Assembly: GCA_965649825.1 (NCBI GenBank)
Contig: OZ287696.1
Location: forward strand, 1,274,081-1,338,080
DNA from: Penicillus capitatus
Lineage: Eukaryota; Plantae; Chlorophyta
Direction of reading: 5' to 3'
DNA: 64,000 nt
Shown here: piece after piece, positions 39,263 to 49,305 of the stretch
Layout: every line of letters starts with the position of its first letter
How positions within the stretch are numbered: position 1 is the first letter of the stretch
The notes under the pieces: generated by a model
Database searches by the model: none
Seen by the model: only the letters and a program-made list of their open reading frames with translations
Told to the model about the DNA's origin: nothing
Position numbers and translations under genes: made by a program

Positions 39263-40356
39263 ATGGAATTCGACAGTGGACACTCGGATGCCGTCAATGC
39301 ATTGCAACTGGATTACTATGGCCGACGGGTCGCAACGGCATCCTCGGACCATACCATACGCGTTTTCGATATCGGCGCAGAGACACCAACGCATGTCGCG
39401 ACGCTGCAAGGACACACAGGACCTATCTGGAATGTGGCATGGGCGCATCCAAAATACGGATCCTTGCTCGTCTCTTGTTCGTTTGACGCTACCGTCATCG
39501 TTTGGAAGGAGACAGAAACGGGCTGGGTTCAGGTCTGGTCCGAGAGACTGGCGATTGAGGCGCATACGTGTCGAGATGGTGTGTAGTTGTATCGGAGTCC
39601 ACCTACCGTGCATTCTGCCTCGGTCAACGGAGTGGCGTGGGCATCGCACGAAGCGGGATTGATGTTTGCATCTGCCTCGTCTGATGGATCTGTCTGCGTC
39701 TTCGAGTGTCAATCGGATGGGAGTTGGACAGAATTGAAGGCAGAGTAGATAGGATATGCAAGAGTTGAGGCATGACGTGTGTGGATATAGATTCCGGGCG
39801 TCGATGCCATTTCGTGCACTTCTATCTCCTGGGCATCGCCTGGTTTGTCCGATTCGCTGACAAACGAAAGCGGTGATGCGCAAACATCTATGCAGTTGGT
39901 TGTCGGCGGATGCGAGAACTGCTTAAAGGTGTGAGATATCTCACACTTTTGAACGGGTACCAAGACAAACGTCTGCTTAGATTCTATCAAGGACTGCTAA
40001 CGCCGCCTGGCGATTGGAACAGAGGTTGGTTGCACATACCGACTGGATTCTGGATGTTGCCTGGGCGCCGATGCTGTCGACAGTACGTCCCACGATCGCG
40101 AGTGTGGGACAAGACGGCAAGGCACATCATCTCACACTTTTTTTTCGCTTCTCACACATGATTACAGGTCATTGTATGGAAAGAGCGGGCTAAAGGTCAA
40201 TGGGAGCATCACATCGTTCACGAAACGGCCGTTCCTGTCTGCGGTGTCCACTGGTCAGTGACTGGCAATGTCTTGGCCGCAATGGATGCACATCAAGACG
40301 TCTTTTCATGGAAAGAGAATCAGCTAACCGGCAAATGGACGCTACTGAAAGACTAG
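39263..40356 (+). CDS. SEC13: SEC13 WD40 protein (COPII/nuclear pore), multi-exon
   Basis: FDSGHSDAVNALQLDYYGRRVATASSDHTI; GHTGPIWNVAWAHPKYGSLLVSC; SVNGVAWASHEAGLMFASASSDG; HTDWILDVAWAP; WSVTGNVLA. Confidence 0.93.
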
Positions 40357-40391
40357 TCCCTCGACACGATGTCGGTCCGATCACATGATGA

Positions 40392-41453
40392 ATGGCATTA
40401 TCACACTCCTTCAGATCGATGATCGCGCGCGGGGCACATTTGCGCGTATCATCACGTCGTCCGCTATCGCGTCGATGCGAGACCACGAGGCGCAGTCATC
40501 TGCGCGAACGTCTAGCGCGACGCCAACGAGGAATGGCGGTAAACCGTGAAGACGGGGATGCTTCTCCGACATTCGGTAGCACAACGCCTATCGGTGCGGA
40601 GTATGGCGAAGGCTTCGAGGTGTACAGCGCCCCTGGTCAATATCTAGACCTCATCGACGTGGCTGCTCTCAATCGAACGCTGCGCACGACGGGAGCTCAA
40701 CGTCTACGTCACGCCATGAAACCTGACGAAGCACTGGGTGCCATTTTTGTTCTGGAGGGTGTCTTGGCGGACACTCGACCTCTGAGAGAGATGGCATGGA
40801 AACTCCTGGCGGCGGAGAACAAACTATCCCTCCCTACCATCATGCGACCATTGATGTTCGATCTCCCTCCGATCAAAGTGATGACGGAGGTTCTGCAATG
40901 GAGTCGAGATGTGGGGACAGCACGGAGTCTCGCCCATCGATTGGGTCAGATTTACTGTGAGCTGTTTCTGGATTTGGATGAGCCTCAGCCAGGGACGGTC
41001 GAATGGCTCAGAGCATTGGAGAAGACAAACGTGCCGTGTGCCGTGATCAGTCACATGTCGAGAGAGGATGTCCAAATCGTGCTGCAGAAGATGGGTCTGC
41101 ACAGCTTCTTTGTCGCCGTCGTGGCATTCGAGGACGACATGGAAACGATGGCGCAGCAGTATCTCTGTGCCGCTTTGAAATTGGAACGGCCTCCGGATCA
41201 TTGCATTGTCTTTGATCATTCTCCCACAGGCGTCGCTGCAGCACACAACTGCACGATGAAAGCGGTGGCGGTGCAAGGATATTTCAAAGGCTATCAGCTG
41301 AAACAGGCTGATGTGACGTGTGCCTCACTGAACGAGTTGTCTGTGTACAATCTACGACGACTCTTTGCAAATCGAGGCGCTGAGTTTATGGATCAGTTGA
41401 AGGGGAAGGACACGAGAAAGGACAGAAGGAAAAACACTATTGCGACGCTGTAA
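40392..41453 (+). CDS. Plastid HAD-like hydrolase (At3g10970/PyrP2-like subfamily), intronless
   Basis: Arg/Ser-rich transit peptide; KPDEALGAIFVLEGVLADT (non-canonical motif I typical of this subfamily); KLERPPDHCIVFDHSPTGVAAAHNCTMKAVAV; ADVTCASLNELSVYNLRRLFAN. Confidence 0.85.
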   Translation: MALSHSFRSMIARGAHLRVSSRRPLSRRCETTRRSHLRERLARRQRGMAVNREDGDASPTFGSTTPIGAEYGEGFEVYSAPGQYLDLIDVAALNRTLRTTGAQRLRHAMKPDEALGAIFVLEGVLADTRPLREMAWKLLAAENKLSLPTIMRPLMFDLPPIKVMTEVLQWSRDVGTARSLAHRLGQIYCELFLDLDEPQPGTVEWLRALEKTNVPCAVISHMSREDVQIVLQKMGLHSFFVAVVAFEDDMETMAQQYLCAALKLERPPDHCIVFDHSPTGVAAAHNCTMKAVAVQGYFKGYQLKQADVTCASLNELSVYNLRRLFANRGAEFMDQLKGKDTRKDRRKNTIATL

Positions 41454-41990
41454 AGAGAAAGGGAGTGTTTTGTTGTCGCGGGAGACGGATATTTGACTGT
41501 CAACAAATGTTCACTCTGCTTCATGATTAAATCGAATCTTGCCGAACCCGCTTAGCCGTGTCTCCTATCGCTCAATACCGAAAGGCTTTCAACTACAAAG
41601 GATTGTCCTACACTCTGAACGCAGAAGACATGAAACAGATATCTCTGTCATGATCTGGCGAGTACTCTAATAATAACTCACCGAATGGCAGAGTGAATTT
41701 TTTGCAAGGTCTGTTGCCCGCTAGGCACACAAGACGATATCCGCAGAACGAAGACGTCACTCACCTTTCGTGAAGACTCTGTTAACAGACCTCTTCCGGC
41801 GTCGAAGGAGATACAGTATTGCATCGTTTGCCTCGGACTGTACTGCCGTGCAAAAGGAGATATGTGGCATCCAAAGGACCTTCTTCTACACTAGGCGCAG
41901 TACGCACATGGCTTATGGACGGAAAGGCCCCAGTGCCTCGCAGCACAGCACAGCACGCAGAGAATTGTGATATTCTTGTCCACGCGACCT

Positions 41991-41996
41991 TATAAA
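41991..41996 (+). promoter_or_regulatory. TATA box upstream of the repeat-peptide precursor gene
   Basis: TATAAA ends 83 nt before the ATG at 42079. Confidence 0.5.
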
Positions 41997-42078
41997 TCCC
42001 GAGGCCATTTGTCGCTTTGCGTGTTTGTTGGTTTCTCAGATTTGTTTTGAATTCTCGAGGCGGTGTTGACCGAGCACT

Positions 42079-42595
42079 ATGGCAAGCGGCAAGCGTTTGT
42101 GTGTCTTCGTTCTTGTCTCAGTGGCTCTCGTTTTGTGCGCTGCTGGTCATGGTGAGCAGCTTTTCGCATCATCTAACGTCGCTAGGGTATGTTGTTTTGC
42201 GCAAAGGAGATCCCGGTGAAACGAAGCTCTCAAAGGACGAGACGGACTGTCTAGATGTATCCGACTGTGGGAGAAAGTCTGTCGTCGGAGTTTGGGACGC
42301 GGGCTGGAAAATGCCTTTTCAGAAGCGCAAGCTCGCAGCACCGCCGTTCCGACCACCACCACCATCACCAGGAGGACGCAAGCTCGCAGCACCGCCGTTC
42401 CGACCACCACCACCATCACCAGGAGGACGCAAGCTCGCAGCACCGCCGTTCCGACCACCACCACCATCACCAGGAGGACGCAGGCTCGCAGCACCGCCGT
42501 TCCGACCACCACCACCATCACCAGGAGGACGCAAGCTCGCGGAGGTTGATTTGCCGCACAGCGACGCCGGCAACGTCATTGCCAAATCGGCTTAA
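42079..42595 (+). CDS. Secreted multi-copy peptide precursor (prepropeptide), about 153 aa
   Basis: Exon 1 (42079-42151) encodes signal peptide MASGKRLCVFVLVSVALVLCAAGH. A GT-AG phase-1 intron (42152-42206) restores the frame into GDPGETK...DCGRK...FQKRK, 4x LAAPPFRPPPPSPGG(RK/RR), then LAEVDL...KSA*. An alternative last intron (42575-42627) would end at 42639. Confidence 0.8.
42326..42541 (+). repeat. 51-bp (17-aa) near-perfect coding tandem repeat, 4 copies plus a partial
   Basis: Copies start at 42326, 42377, 42428, 42479 and 42530. The only difference among the four full copies is aag to agg (Lys to Arg) in copy 4. Confidence 0.95.
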
Positions 42596-44257
42596 CGCGA
42601 CGCCGATGTGCGTCTCTGTTTCTACAGGACGGCGAATAAGTAAAGGTCATGAGGCGTTTAGTTTTTGGATTCTTTTGTCGAATGGTGAGCCCTGCTTTTA
42701 GTAAAAGACAGTGCCAGTTCACAAGTCGTAATCGAATGTGGTATACCAAACATCTGCCGTTCACCCTTTTTTGAAACCGAAGTCGAATCTTTCATGAAAT
42801 GTGTGTTCTCTTATGCTTATGTCTCGCTGATGCACAATTCAATGGTTTACTTACTCCTAAGCAACCATTCCTTCGATTGTTCGGACCTATCTTATCCAAA
42901 TCCACATGTGGCGTAGAATCAGTCGTATTCGCCATGCATGATACATTGTCGTTGATTAAGATCTGCACATTGTTCTGTTGTGCTACCTCCAACTTTAATG
43001 TTCCATCTTGACGTGAACTCTGCCGGCAACATCTCGACAATGATCGAGGAGACTGGCACTCTCTCGTCCGTGCTACACATCGTCGTCCACGGTCTTCTAA
43101 TTCGTGTCGTCAGACGACGGCTGTGCCGATCGCTCATCACCAAGACATAGATCGAGAACGTTCTAGACATGGCTTCCCTCGACCATGATTGGCTGATCCT
43201 GAAAACTGCTTTTGATCACCTCCACATCCACACTCCGACTGCAGTATTCTGTATACAAGGCATACATACTACAGAGAAAGCAGTCGTTGCAGTGATTCAG
43301 ACGTCGAAATGTCTGAAGATTCGGACAGTGTAGACACGATTCGATAGCCAAGGTGTTTACATGACTGTCTAGAACCGTTTGGGGCACTGTGCAATAGAAT
43401 GGCTTGAAACCGACTAAGATAGAGAAAAGTGAGATGACAGGCCGAGCGTCACTTTCCTAATGGAAACAAGAAAAGGGTAGAGCGTTTCGATGCGCATCTG
43501 TCCCGGGCACGACAACTGTTGCAGCTGCCCCAATCACACAGATCTCGGCGCGTTCAGCATACCAGAATCGATTTTTATCATATTCCGTCTGACAATCTAT
43601 ATGGCCCAAAGACTCCAAGACGAACTCGCTCAGAATTACACCATTATCGAGAGCAGTTGCAAGACATCTCCGTTTGGAATCCCTTGAAGACATCCGGCAG
43701 AAGGAATTGGCGATCTGGAGTCTCGTCGCATTCTTCTAGAGGTGAAGATACGATCGACATCGATGGTGTCTTCCTCGAAGACAAGAGAGTGCTAGATGAC
43801 GAGGTGTATGCTCTGTCGGCCCGAAAGTATGCAGAGCGAGAAACAGACCTGTAAGAGAACCGTGCCTTCTCTCCTTACGAACAGACATCGACGCGTTCAG
43901 CACAGACGACAAACCCTTTGTGCGCAGCAATTCTCGAAAGACGGATCATAAAACAGCGGTCGTTTTCGGAAAAGCCATTGACGAAGAGCAAACATTTTTC
44001 CGAACAGCGCGTTCGCGTCCGCAGATTTTTTTGCGACGACCATCGTGCATTACATGTCCCACAGATCCGTTTTCAGACTCGAACATATAGGAAGAAGATT
44101 CGCCCCGAAAGGAGTACTGCATAGGCAGAGAAGGGCGCCATCTTCATGTATACTCGATTCCAAACGGATGTACCAACACTTCCGGGTGCTACCCGTTAGC
44201 ACCACTCATCAAGCTGCTACTAGTAAGAACGGACCAAAACCAAAGAAAAGCTCAAAG

Positions 44258-45220
44258 TCATCCATTTGCAGTGGATATGGACAAACTAGGAAAAATCTCG
44301 TCGTTCCATTTCAATTGAGGCTCGCCGTTATGTTCCAGCGACCATTGCAACAATTCCACCAGTAGAATACTCAAGGAAGGACTCCGCCCTCATTGCTGTC
44401 GGCATTGCCGAACACAGACGGCGACGGGTCTACCGTGACACCGGCATCTCCAAAGACCTCGGCAGCAACGCCATCTGCAACTCAGAACGTGATTATAGCG
44501 AATGGCAACGTTTGCTGCATACCGGGGAAACATGTCACGAAGCAAGAGGCGGCCGCATCTGCGATGATGCTCTCGGCACGGGATCCGAATTCCCTTTCGA
44601 AATCAAAGACAAATCCAGTGCTGCTGCCGTCGGTGCACACCGCTGCCTGTGCCTCCGTGGCGACAGATGCAAAGACAGCAGCCATCGCCCCGACGTCAAC
44701 ATCGCACACCGCCTCGCCATCGTTCACATTCACCAGCAACTGAGCAACGGCTGAGGCGAAAGAGCACGCCCATGCCTCACCGTTGGCCTGCGCAAATCCG
44801 CAGCCGCTTCCTTGACCTTCGCAGCTGATCGAGACAAAGGCATTCGCAAAAACGGTCGCCACAGCAGATGCGGTGCAGCTGGCGAAGATTTCAATGTCTA
44901 CTGGTCGACACTCGCCTAACGAGATTTTACGAGATACCTCGGCAAAACACGGCTCCGACGCAGAGGCGAAGGCGAAGCAGTCTGCTCTCGCCGTTCCGCG
45001 GCACCGTCCGATGCCATTGACTCGGATACGCAACGCAGCGAGGGCGGAGCACTGTGTGCTCGTGCCGCACTTGGGTGGCACTGCAACAGGTGAGAGGTCA
45101 TAAATGAACGAAGAGCTCGTCGAGCAATAGATGTGTACCTTGTCCACTGACAACTGTCGCAAACAAGACAGCCCAGAGGCAGATAAGACCAACACTCTTC
45201 ATACCGAAGAAGGAAGACAT
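44258..45220 (-). CDS. Secreted Cys/Ala-rich protein, paralogue A
   Basis: Signal peptide MSSFFGMKSVGLICLWAVLFATVVSG-Q, phase-1 intron 45081-45138, a 14-Cys domain (SGCGFAQANGEAWAC...FASVATE), a second phase-1 intron after VTCFP, and a tail with GVT...GNAD. The 3' end is uncertain. Confidence 0.78.
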
Positions 45221-45488
45221 GCTTCAAGAAATGCAAAGGTAGGCTTGGAATTCAAAAGGACTGACTGCGTCCGACTGTTCGACTGCACTGGACAAACGTC
45301 GGTATACGTCTCAGATGGACGACTAAAAAGATATGAAGACTTGACGGCGTTCTAACAAAAGGCGCAGCGTGAGTCAACAGACGTAAAGTCCCTGTGCGAG
45401 TAAGGATGGATGTAGCAAACACTGTTCGCTTAAATAGTAAAACCAGCTAAATGCTCCCGCCCCGTTCTCATTTGACCACCGGCCGCGA

Positions 45489-46590
45489 ATGCCAACGATA
45501 GAAAAACGCCGAAGCCGAGTAGCTACGAAAACGAGAAATTCGCACTGCGAACATGGCGCAAAGGAAGGTGCGTTGACAAAACAGGTATCTCGACCGGAGC
45601 TGGACAGTAGCAGCTGGATCTTGCAGACAGCTGGCCACCATCCTTTCGACAACACAAGCCATTTGGCAAGTATTTTTGATAAGGAGAGTGATCATCAGGC
45701 TGTCCGCGGTGAGATTCTTGTCCACTTAGCCAGCTCTTTACAACAGACTTCCGCCGTCGAGTCGCTGGAGACCCGACAGCACGAAGAAGAAAATGAGCAA
45801 AACCTCCAACTCATGATCTTACCATTAGGCTTTCCGTACGGATGCGAAGCGTGGGACACGTGGCAGCATTTCGCCAGAAGGTATCATGGGTGGTCGGTAG
45901 GCGGAGCGTGTTCGTCCGTGGTGCACCTACGTCGACAAACAGCTAGCAGCATTGCAGCGGACGTTTGCAGAGATGGCCGAAGAAATCCGACGCACGATGG
46001 CAACGGACACTGAGGTCGACCGTCGTCTTCTCCGATCATACCCATCAGCCTCGCACATACGCGCATCATCCGCGGCATTGTTATGTGCAGGCCGGGAACT
46101 ACCTTTTTGTCGGCGGAACGAACCGATTGTGCTCTGTTCTGTGTCGGCGCACGAAAGCATCGACGGTCATTCAGTCCTTTTGCGAAATCGTGTAGAGCCC
46201 TTTTGAGGAAAGGGCTACGTGCAAGACTTAAAAAGCGAGATACAGGCGCAAAGACACATGTTAAGTAGGATCGCTGAGGGTGCGCCTTTTTTGTTCAAGG
46301 AATGTATACTTCGGCGCAAGAATGGCTTTATGCGTGCGAACTCTGACTGTTGGGTTACATCACGTCGTTCCTTCGCGCATTTTTTCAGGAGTCATGCTTG
46401 TTCGGAGCCCTTTGTCGACACTGACGCTGTCGAGCGAGACGACGATACCTGTTTCCCTCTCGAAATGGCTCACCCCAAAGATGCTTCGCAGTGGACGGCA
46501 TTCAGCTTCCTTATTCTGCCATTTGACACGTCTCACTCGGATAGCGAATCCAATGTGCAGCGCAACATACCAAACAGCGGCGCGGATTAG
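45489..46590 (+). CDS. Hypothetical protein, probable multi-exon gene
   Basis: Consecutive protein-like plus-strand ORFs (45489-46013, 45952-46206, 46219-46590). No motif recognised. Confidence 0.3.
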
Positions 46591-47097
46591 CGAAGGGCAC
46601 AGTCGCTTCGAGACTACTTCCTTTAGGAAAGATTCAACAAACAGTCCGCCGTCGAGGACAGACAGTCGATGCGCAGTCAACGCTGCCACTGACGACGAAA
46701 ACGAGAACTGCTTTTGCAAAACGGGTTCGTACCAATCTCTAATCAGAGATAAACACTCGATGTGTCTATCACAATCGCTCTCGAGATCGCTCTCGAGATC
46801 TTGCTAAGACAAAAAAGACGTTGCCACAACATCATGACATATCTGCATTGCACAAATAACACAGAGATGTGGCATCAACGGACCGAAGTCCTCTAAAGCA
46901 AGTAGACGGGGAAAGGCGTTAGGGCGGATAACTGCTTTGTTTCGGTGTTTGGAAAAATTGGAGAAAATCGAACAGTCATCGCTTCGAGAGCTAACTGTTC
47001 ATCATAAGAATGCATGTGTGCAGAAAAGTGGACTTGTCTGCTGTAGGACAAAAATTCCCTTGCCCATCCGTGCGTGTATGGCTGAAACATCTGGAAG

Positions 47098-48024
47098 TCA
47101 TGGACCCATTGGGGTAGAGGTGTCAGCAGCCGTAGCCATGGTGTTATCGCCAGCCACTCTATCGCGGCATGCAGGGTCGGTGAGATCACACGGGAGCGGA
47201 GATGGTCCACCCATGGTCGTGTCCGCATTGCCTTCGATCTCGGGAGATAACATGGTAACACCGCTGCTGATCACTTCGCTGCCAACAGGTCCGTCTACAT
47301 CGCAGAGAGATCACAACATGTACAAAGCAGATAGATGCTTACCAACAGTGCACGTCACCAAGCAACTTGCCACCGCTTCTGCTACGAGCTGTTCAATGCG
47401 CTGGCCGAATTCTTCCTGAAACTCTGACCTGAATTCGGTGCCGTTGGCACAGATGTTCACTTGCACTTCCGTCGCAACGGAGGCAAATGCTGCAGCCATT
47501 GGACTAATTGATAGATCACAGAGTGGTTGATCGCCCCCAGCTCTCACCTCCAAATCAACCAGCACTCCAGCAAAAGTACAAGCCCAGGCGTTGGCATTCG
47601 CCTGAGCAAATCCACAACCGCTGGCTTCGCCAGTGCAGTTGATTTCAACGTATGCTTGAGCGAAGACCTCCGCGACGGCAAATCCAAAGCAGCTGGCGGC
47701 TTCGGTGATATTGTCTGGCATACACGTGCCCTGGTCGATGGCCCTGATAACCTCGTTGAAGCAATTCTCCGACTCGGCCAATGCGCTGCAGTTTGCATTC
47801 GCCGTTCCTGTGCAAGATCCCACGCCCATGAAAGAGATGTCCAGCGACGACATAGAGTCGCATTCCGCATTCACGCCGCATTCGAACGGATCTTAACAAG
47901 GCAAAAGCATCCATCAGCTACGAGGCAGCACAAGGTGTTGTTACCGACCCGGAGAAGGTTGTGCTCCGACGATGATGACGACGAAAAGAAAAACGCAGAG
48001 GCAACCGCGTGGAAAATTCTTCAT
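47098..48024 (-). CDS. Secreted Cys/Ala-rich protein, paralogue B
   Basis: Signal peptide MKNFPRGCLCVFLFVVIIVGA-Q, the same two phase-1 intron positions as paralogue A, the same 14 Cys (SGCGFAQANANAWAC...FASVATE), and a tail DGPVGSEVISSGVT...GNADTT...MGP*. Confidence 0.8.
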
Positions 48025-48523
48025 GGTCGCAGATGAAGGGAGAAACTCTTGAAAGAGAAAAGCGTCTGGAGGTTGGTAATTTTTGCACCAACTGGAACAG
48101 ACCACGTGGACAGACGCGCAGCCTCGGCCACCCGAACGGAGGTTCAGCAGCAAAGGAGGTTTGGGAAAGAGAGCGAACGAGTCTGCATAGGACGCGTGCT
48201 TTAAATAACCAATCACTGGGAAATGGTCGGTCGTTATGTCGCTGGACATTTAGACCTGTGTGGCTAAGAACATTCTATTTCGCGCGCGAAAATTCGGGCG
48301 GATCGCTTGAAGATCGATCGCAGAAGCGTAGAGCTAGGTTATAAAAAAGAAAGCCGCAGGATAAAGGTAAGGGAGGGAGCCGCGAAACGAGGACATCTCG
48401 ATCACTCCTGTTCCACACTTTCTCCACACGTGCACAGAGTCGACGATCAATTTGAGCTAAGCAAAGCAAATGCACATCATCTTGCAGAGAAGGAAGATAG
48501 AGAATCCGATCGCCGCCATCAAG

Positions 48524-49057
48524 TCATTCGAGAGGCTCAATCAGAGGCGTGAAAGCCATTGAGCGCCAACGTCTTGCTGGATCGGCTGAGCGTCTGGCAC
48601 TAATGTGCTTGAAGAGACATCTCGACGAAACGAAGAGCGCAAAGTGTATTATCGGACCTGAACCGTCGATTGGAACGAAACGACAATAAAGACGCGAGCG
48701 ATCTATCTGCAATCGGCGCTGGAGCCTCTCTGTTTCATCCATACTTCGTCTTATCTCCCCCGGACGGAAATCGATAGCGTTTGGACTTCGAGAATCGACA
48801 TACTTGAGATCTTTCGAGCAGTCGAGAGGACAAGAATGAACAAAGAAGCGCGGCAAGAGCTCTGGAGGATTCGAGAGCGTGAATGTATCGTAAACACGCA
48901 ACGCATTGTACCGGACCCAATCCCCAGGACCCCAAGGTAACATGCCACACTGATGACGCCCCTCTTTTGGTTTTAAGAGTTTCTTTCTCTCGTGAAGTGT
49001 TACAGCAGAAACGATCGATGCCATGACCCAAGTCCGCATACTACCCATGCCGCCCAT
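48524..49057 (-). CDS. Hypothetical protein
   Basis: 177-aa ORF in an otherwise unexplained gap. No motif recognised. Confidence 0.3.
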   Translation of the reverse strand: MGGMGSMRTWVMASIVSAVTLHERKKLLKPKEGRHQCGMLPWGPGDWVRYNALRVYDTFTLSNPPELLPRFFVHSCPLDCSKDLKYVDSRSPNAIDFRPGEIRRSMDETERLQRRLQIDRSRLYCRFVPIDGSGPIIHFALFVSSRCLFKHISARRSADPARRWRSMAFTPLIEPLE

Positions 49058-49305
49058 TGGAGAAGATGCTCCTGAATGAGCACACCGATCGCGCTGATGT
49101 CTGGCAAGCTTAAGAGATTCGTCATTGGCATTGAAACAGAAGGTTACGGTTACAATTGCGGCGACACCGCTGATTCCTCAAAGCTGATTTATGCCAGGGT
49201 CGATTCCGCTACGTGTTTTATGACAGAGAGTGATCAACATAGATAGAGTACAGCAAACTACGTCTTTTCGATCAAAGGGATTCTGCGTTGCTACACTGCA
49301 AAACT

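Noticed and set aside
41460-41990. Possible snoRNA or other ncRNA in the HAD-precursor spacer
   Set aside because: No canonical C/D or H/ACA boxes with a terminal stem, and no tRNA cloverleaf recognised.
42326-42541. Similarity of PPFRPPPPSP to bradykinin
   Set aside because: A short low-complexity Pro-rich coincidence, not evidence of homology.
42255-42701. His-rich reading (EDASSQHRRSDHHHHHQ)n of the 51-bp repeat, plus the Thr-rich and minus-strand frames
   Set aside because: Only the RKLAAPPF frame connects in phase to the signal-peptide exon through a GT-AG intron. The other frames are shadows of the repeat.
42700-43930. Possible LRR/F-box-like gene on the minus strand (CLHCPNLQTF)
   Set aside because: A single weak motif, and the exon frames could not be joined consistently.
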